A DNA stretch of 64,000 nt from the human T2T-CHM13v2.0 reference genome, Homo sapiens. Shown here one piece after another: positions 57,745 to 64,000 of this stretch (its first letter is position 1; the number at the start of each line of letters is the position of its first letter). The position numbers were made by a program, and so were the translations under genes. A model generated the notes under the pieces. The model did not search any database. It saw nothing but the letters and a program-made list of their open reading frames with translations, and was not told the DNA's origin. Location of the stretch: the NCBI RefSeq assembly GCF_009914755.1, contig NC_060929.1; one strand, written 5' to 3'.

Positions 57745-58410
57745 GCCTGTCATTGGTTACCTTTCCCCCGGGGAATTAAAATCCGTATGATTCAATAAGG
57801 TAGATTTATTTGCCATTAGCAGACAAACATGAAAATAATTCCTAAGCCAATAAAATTATTTTCAAGTTTTTCAGTTTTCCTTTTTTCTTATAATGGCAAG
57901 AACATTTGACTAAGAGTCTAGCAGGGGAAAATACTGTATTCACAAAAGCAATGGGAAAAAAACTCAGGCCTGTTAAGGAAACTCTCCTATAAAATCAAAT
58001 TGCAAATTTTTCAAAGTTGCCAATGCTTGGCACATCACTGTCTGGGCAGGATAATCTGTTCTTACCAGTCTCAACTCAGAAATAACCTATTTATGATTGC
58101 AACCATCATCTTGGCCTCAGGGAGGCACTATAGGTCCCTTAATGTATCTAAGGCACAGCTGAAATACTTAAAAATTACCTCTGAAAGTCTGAAACATGAC
58201 AGAATGGAAAAAGAACTCACAGAAGATAACATAAAACTCTATATTCTGTCCCTAAGTTAATGTAAGAGATTCATACGCCTTAGGAAGACGAGATAATTTA
58301 GCGATTGCGCTTAGAAAAATAAGTAAATAAATATGAGTTAGAGATATGGTTGGTGACACTTTTTTTCCTCTGGGTCTCTTCCTTATTTTCCCCTTGTTCC
58401 TTCCTGGCAC

Positions 58411-58626
58411 TAGGGGGCGGCAAACGATGGGCTCCTTTATTTATAAAAAAAGACAGTTTTTATAAATAAAGCTTTATTGGGACACAACCATTCCCATTTG
58501 TTTACTTATTGTCTGTGGCTGCTTGCATGCTGCATCAGTCAAGTAGTTGCGACAGAGACTGTCTGTCCCACAAAACTTAAAATATTTATGCTTGAGCCTT
58601 TTACAGAACAATTTGGCTGACCCCTG
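58411..58626 (+). mobile_element. MER58A hAT-Charlie fossil
   Basis: TAGGGGGCGGCAAACGATGG ... TAAATAAAGCTTTATTGGGACACAACCA ... GTAGTTGCGACAGAGAC ... GCTGACCCCTG; both TIRs recognisable. Confidence 0.88.
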
Positions 58627-59629
58627 CATGCTATCTATAGTATTTAACAATGGATATGAAAGTGACAATGGTAGATCTAAGGAACTTCGATATCTGTCCA
58701 GCCAGCCAGGATAGGGGCCAGCTTCCTAAGACACATGTCTAGAATATGATGAAATCACCACCTGCCAGTGAGTCACATGCAGGCAAATGACACCAACAGA
58801 AGAAACCTAGGAAGCATATCCAGAAACTATAAAGTATTGGTCATGAACCTTGCAGGGGAGGACATAACTGGTGTTCGCATCTCTGCTTCCAGTTGACAGT
58901 TCACCAAAGATAAAAACAACAAATAAAATCCAGACCTCTCGCCACAAAAGGGGGTTTGGCTTCAGGCAGGGGCTTAGGGCTCTCTGCTGGGGACCAGCTG
59001 CACTTCACAATGCTGCAAAGCCTGCATTTGTTCAGAAATGTAATTCCTGATCTGATTATAAGAGTTCAAAGCTGAAAATGTGGTAAGGAGGAGGAAAAAA
59101 AAATGGGTTATGATGGAAGATTTTGTGGTGGTGGTAAGGGGGCATGATAATAATAATATTGAAGAAGTGCCCTAGTAATTTACATGAGAAGGGACCAAGA
59201 AGGTGGCTAAGAACAGCACAGAGTCTCAGATATACACACGTTTTTGCACAGAGTCTGGCTAATAACACAAATGAGAGATTTTAGCATAATAATGCTGTAT
59301 TATCAAGGAAATAGACATCCCATCTGTGGGGAAACTGTCAACATGAGAGATAATTGTGGTAGAGAAGAGATCTAGAAATGAAGGATAACAAAAGAAATGA
59401 AATAATAGGCGCAAGTCCCTGGCCCTCCTATGTGCCACAGTCCAGGGGAACAGGAGAGCTGATGGGAGACCTCGGTTGGGAAAATCTTATCCATTCCAAA
59501 AGGAGGAAAGGTCAATCTCTGAAACTATTTCATAGTTGATTTTAGTATTGGTCCCTGAAAACATTTCAGAACTCACTTAATCAGCAGATAGTTTTAGAAC
59601 GCAAGAGGGTGAAGTTATGCTCAGGGCAG

Positions 59630-59895
59630 CAGGCCTGGTTGGTGAGGATGGACCACAGGTACGGTGTGGAGGGTAGGTGGGTAGGCTCCAGAGCTAGTCT
59701 GCTGGGTTCCGAGTTGGCTGTCTTACTTCCTAGCTCTGAGACCTCTGCAAGTTACTTAACTTCGCTCTTCCTCAGTGTTTTTAGTTCTCAAGTGGGCATA
59801 GTAATGAAATGGGGTGGTTGTAGGGATTGAGTTAATACATATAAAAGAGTTAGAACAAATCCAGCTGAGACTAGTGCCATGCAATTGTTAGCTAG
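59630..59895 (+). mobile_element. MIR SINE
   Basis: CTGGGTTCC...TAGCTCTGAGACCTCTGCAAGTTACTTAAC...GGGATTGAGTTAATACATATAAAAGAGTTAGAACA. Confidence 0.85.
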
Positions 59896-59939
59896 TGTTC
59901 CTGGTACAACTATCAGACCAGGGGCCAGGAGAATGCTAC

Positions 59940-60330
59940 AGACCTGGCTGAAACTGAATTTCAACAAAGCATTTCACAAATGCATACAAAATACAGCCAA
60001 GGACCTGCTGGAAAAGTGGTCTGAGGAACACAAATACATAGATTCATATTTGGTTTTACAACTAGAAATTCATTTCAGCCTAAGGAGACTTCTTTAATTT
60101 CAAGCCTTGTGATTATCCTCAGCCCTGTCCTGATCGACATTTTTCATCAAGAAGACCTGAAATTATTTTATTGTAAAAATTGTGAATATTGTGAAGTATT
60201 CCAAGCATACAAAAATAACTTTCGGGATTTAGAACTGACAACAATGTGGAAAAGCCATACATATCTAAAGCACGAGTGAATTCTTTCTTACTGAACCTAT
60301 TCAAATAAAGACTGAAAGACCTGGCAGTGA
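59940..60330 (+). mobile_element. L3/CR1 LINE reverse-transcriptase fossil
   Basis: Degenerate translation LNFNKAFHK (cf. LDFSKAFDK) near 59955 and LSPVLIDIF (cf. LGPVLFNIFINDL) near 60118, in RT motif order. Confidence 0.6.
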
Positions 60331-61732
60331 AGGGTTGGAAGTGTCACATGAGGCATATATTGAGATGAACTTTGAAAATTCTATTCACACATGAAGATGT
60401 TTATGAAGTATTTTATATATGTTAGGCATTGTCTTAGGTACTTGGAATGTATGTAAACAAAATAAACACCTGTCTTGTTGGACTTACATTCAGGTGGACT
60501 CCTTAATAACCTGTAAGTTATAGGAATTACTAGATTTTGGTTTAATTCTGAAGTTTGTCACTCACTATATATAAACCTGATAAGCTCCCTCGTTTTTTTC
60601 TCATCTGGAAAATGGCGATAAAATGCCATCCTTTCATATTTAGGATCATTCATTCACTCAACAAGTACTTCCTACTTTGTGCTATGCTCTTGGGAAAAAA
60701 AATGAATGAGAGAAGGATCCTGCCCTCATGGTACTTGTATCTTATATTATCCAGAAGATAAAATAAGGCACTTACCAAAAATACTAACATTTACATATCA
60801 ATGAAAGGCTATGCCTATTATATCTAATGATAGCAGCATGGCCTGTGAGTCTTTGGTCGTCTTTTTGGGGATATACAATGTATATTTTGGCTGTTACCTA
60901 AGCCATTCTCCAATATTACACCCCTCACTACCGCTATGTACACAGATAGTCTGCTCCACACTCAGAAAGGTAGGGACAACACCCTAGGATTTCCATAAAG
61001 CTTAGAAGGATTTCCTTCCTAAGAAATACCCAGTTTTGCTGCCAAACACTCCTCCCCTCCTACATGAAGGCCTGAGTCAAGAGATATCGTGGGTGGGAGA
61101 AGTTACCCTGCATGTCACCAGAACCTCAGCATGCACACTTTAAAATGAATTTCCAAATGCAAATTTGTTCCTAGATCCACAGCATGGCAAGTGAGATGCA
61201 GAAGCCTGGTTCCTGGAGGAGGAGCCAGCATTGATTCGTGGAGGGCAGTGTCCTCTCACAGGGGTAAGTGAGCAGGGGTAAATCATCGTTCCCATGAACT
61301 CCTCTCCATCTGCTCTCCCCACTCTGGGAACACTAGTGTGCTGCTCCACCTCCTTCTGCCCCCTCCTGGGATGGGCTCCAGAGGATGATAGGCAGGGCAC
61401 CTAAATTCCCAGCTGACGGAAACGTGAATGTGCTCAGTAGCTAAAGGTGGCTCAGGAAGTTTGGAAGATTAGATGAGATGGTTCTCCCTCTCCCTCATTT
61501 AGATCACACACATTTTCCAACATGTAGGGGAGAAGAGGGAGCTCTGTATTTTTTATTTATCCAACAAATATGTATTGAACATCTACCATGTGTGGGACAG
61601 TGTCTTAGGTATTAGGAATACAACAAAGAAGAACCTCAAATCCTTACTGGTATTTAGATTACTAATACCGGGAGGAGTGGGAAAGACACATAGTAAACAC
61701 ATTAATGACCTATTAAATATATGCTGGGTCAC

Positions 61733-62207
61733 CACTATGGACTGTATTGCGTCCCTCACCCCAATTCATATGTTGAAGTGTTGATATGTTCCCATCAATT
61801 CATATATTCCTATCAGCTCATATGTTCATATGTTGAACTCTCAATGTCACTATATCTGAAGATAGGGCTTTTAGTCAGTAAATAAGTTTAAATGTGGTCA
61901 TAAGGGTAGGGTCCTAATCTGACCTTATAAGAAGAGGCAAAGAGCTTTCTCTTTCTCCCTACACAGGCATGCAGGCACGCGCGCGCGCGCACACACCCAC
62001 ACCCCCCCCCACACACACACAGAAAGGCCATGTGAGGACATAGTGAAAAGGTGTCTGTGTCTGCAGGCCAAGAAGAGACCCATAACCAGCACTGAACCAA
62101 GCTGGCACACTGATCTCAAGCTTCCAGCCTCCAGAACTGTGAGAAAATAAATGATTGTTATTTAAGCCACCCCATCTGGTGTTTTGCTTTGTAGCCTTGC
62201 TAACACT
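61733..62207 (+). mobile_element. MLT1A-like ERVL-MaLR solo LTR with internal simple repeats
   Basis: CTATGGACTG...AATTCATATGTTGAAG...GGCCATGTGAGGACATAGTG...CAGCCTCCAGAACTGTGAGAAAATAAATGATTGTTATTTAAGCCACCC. Confidence 0.85.
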
Positions 62208-62489
62208 GTCAGGTAGCCCTAAGTGTGCTGAAGAAAACCCAAGTGGAATAAAGGGGTGGAGAGAGATCAAGAGAGGTGGTTAGGGAGACACTCTGAGGAG
62301 GGACATTGAGCAGAGAGCCCAGTGAAGCTCACATGTATCCAAAGGCAAGCCCTGGCCTGGAGTTTAAGAATGGCAACACTCAGGCATGGCAGGGTTTGTC
62401 CTTAGAAGCAAATGGGATTGCTGTTTTATCAGCATGTTTTTGAAAAATAGACTGTTCTCTTGCAGAGAGGAAATGTATAATTGGTGATC

Positions 62490-62735
62490 GCCTAGCTGTG
62501 TGAGCTTGGGCACGTTCCTTAAATCTCATGTCCCAGTTTGCTCAGTTGTGAAATGGGATAATAATCATCTTTACCTTGTTAGGTTGTTGGGAGGTTTAAA
62601 TGAGTTAATATATGTAAAGTGCATGGACCCATGCCTGAAACACAGTCAGTGCTCAATAAATAGTAGCTATTATTATTGCTATCAATACAACTACTATCTC
62701 TATTATTACAACAACTGCTACTACTATTACTATTG
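62490..62735 (+). mobile_element. MIR SINE with (TAT/TAC)n tail
   Basis: TAGCTGTGTGAGCTTGGGCACGTTCCTTAA...TTAAATGAGTTAATATATGTAAAGTGC...GTGCTCAATAAATAGTAGCTATTATT. Confidence 0.88.
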
Positions 62736-64000
62736 GAAAGCCACAGGCAGAACATTATAAAAGAAATTTCAGCAATGGCATCTTTCAATTAAATCTTTTC
62801 TGAGCATCTTGGGCCTCACTACCTCTGGGAAAATAACTTTGCTTCTTTGTCTCCCTCAGCTCCTCAGAAGAGCCAAACCAATGATTAAGCTCACGTGTTG
62901 TGAACTGCAAAGTCATTTGAACAATTTCAAAGCCATCAGTGACAAAGGCTTTCTCCTGATGGATCTTTCTGCCCATTGAACTAGAACACTCATGGAAACA
63001 TGTTCAGGCTCCCTCACTCCATGTAGGTCAGACTACAGGTAAAATATCCTTTCTGGTGCCAAAAACTCTTATCAGGATGAAGAATTTTCCTCTAGTTTCC
63101 CTGGGGAAGAGCAAAAAAAAAAAGTAGATAAAAAAAAAAACACAAGAAATAGAGTAGCAGGAGTGAAGGAGAAAAATTGAAAAGAAAGAGATAAATAGGG
63201 GGGGAATTTTAAGGACCATTAGTAATTTACTGTGGTCCCCAATGTTGACACAAGCAATCAAAATGGACCTGGAGAAGGGGATTATATGGGCTGACATTGT
63301 CTACTTTGATCTATACGTGCCTTATATTGGTAGATCTTTAAAGAAGTTACTTGGTATAAAGTTTATTTGAGTGCATTAAAATGAGTAAATAATATTGAAA
63401 AATGTTTTCATCCAGGCTATGCTTTTATGGAGGCAATTTTACAATTACTTAAAGTGAAGTGAAATTGTTTTGAATCTGCCAGACTGTAAGTTTCCTAAGG
63501 GTGGAATCTATGCAGGTTTTATTTTGAGTATTCTCGCCTTCTCAACGCCTGGTAAAACTGAGTTCATAAATGGTCAATAGCTGCTTATCTAGCAGTTATC
63601 TGGCAGCTTCTTGCATGTTTTCTTCAAAAGGACTCCAAATCTACTACTTTCCATAGACTTTCACTTTTTTTCTCCCATTCTTCCAGACTTTTTTTTCAAC
63701 ATGTTGTCATCAGAATTTTACACACCACAGCATTGCCCATCAAACAGACCTATTACTCATAAATGCTGATGTTATTTCTACGTGATAACGTAGAGTTGTC
63801 CTCCTTGATTTTGGTACAATTTTATGGAAAGCAGGTGGTCTGCCCATCATTTTATTTTGCTTTTTGGAGGAAAACTTGATATTTGGCACTAGGTATGACT
63901 GTACAAAATCTTCCTCACTAATGTGATTACACCGTGAGTCAAATGAAGACTTGAAGGGGGAAAAAGAATTTTGAAAATGAGGTCCTTTAGCAAGACTATT

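Overview
Human (primate) genomic DNA, AT-rich and repeat-dense, lying inside the large PDE4D gene, which is transcribed from the minus strand. The only protein-coding segment I can support is the isoform-specific first coding exon of PDE4D5 (12742->12480, 87 codons plus 2 nt, strong Kozak, phase-2 donor TG|GTAAGG), with its CpG-enriched promoter directly upstream (CRE half-site about 200 bp from the ATG, CCAAT box). The rest is intronic/upstream sequence filled with Alus (many with target-site duplications), MIR, L2, L3/CR1, L1 fragments, THE1/MLT1 solo LTRs, hAT and Tc1/mariner fossils, a U2 snRNA fragment, microsatellites and a palindromic-unit VNTR. Almost all ORFs in the supplied track are repeat artefacts. 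The most unusual signals are (1) a ~290-bp inverted duplication of apparently unique DNA at 45596-45886 / 49404-49696, (2) a possible decayed alternative PDE4D first exon at 3936->3538 carrying a PDE4D3-like PFxRHSW motif, and (3) divergently oriented CTCF-like motifs at 44.5 kb versus 54.4 and 58.4 kb that bracket the inverted repeat. Repeat subfamily names are by-eye matches to remembered consensus sequences and old-repeat boundaries are approximate.
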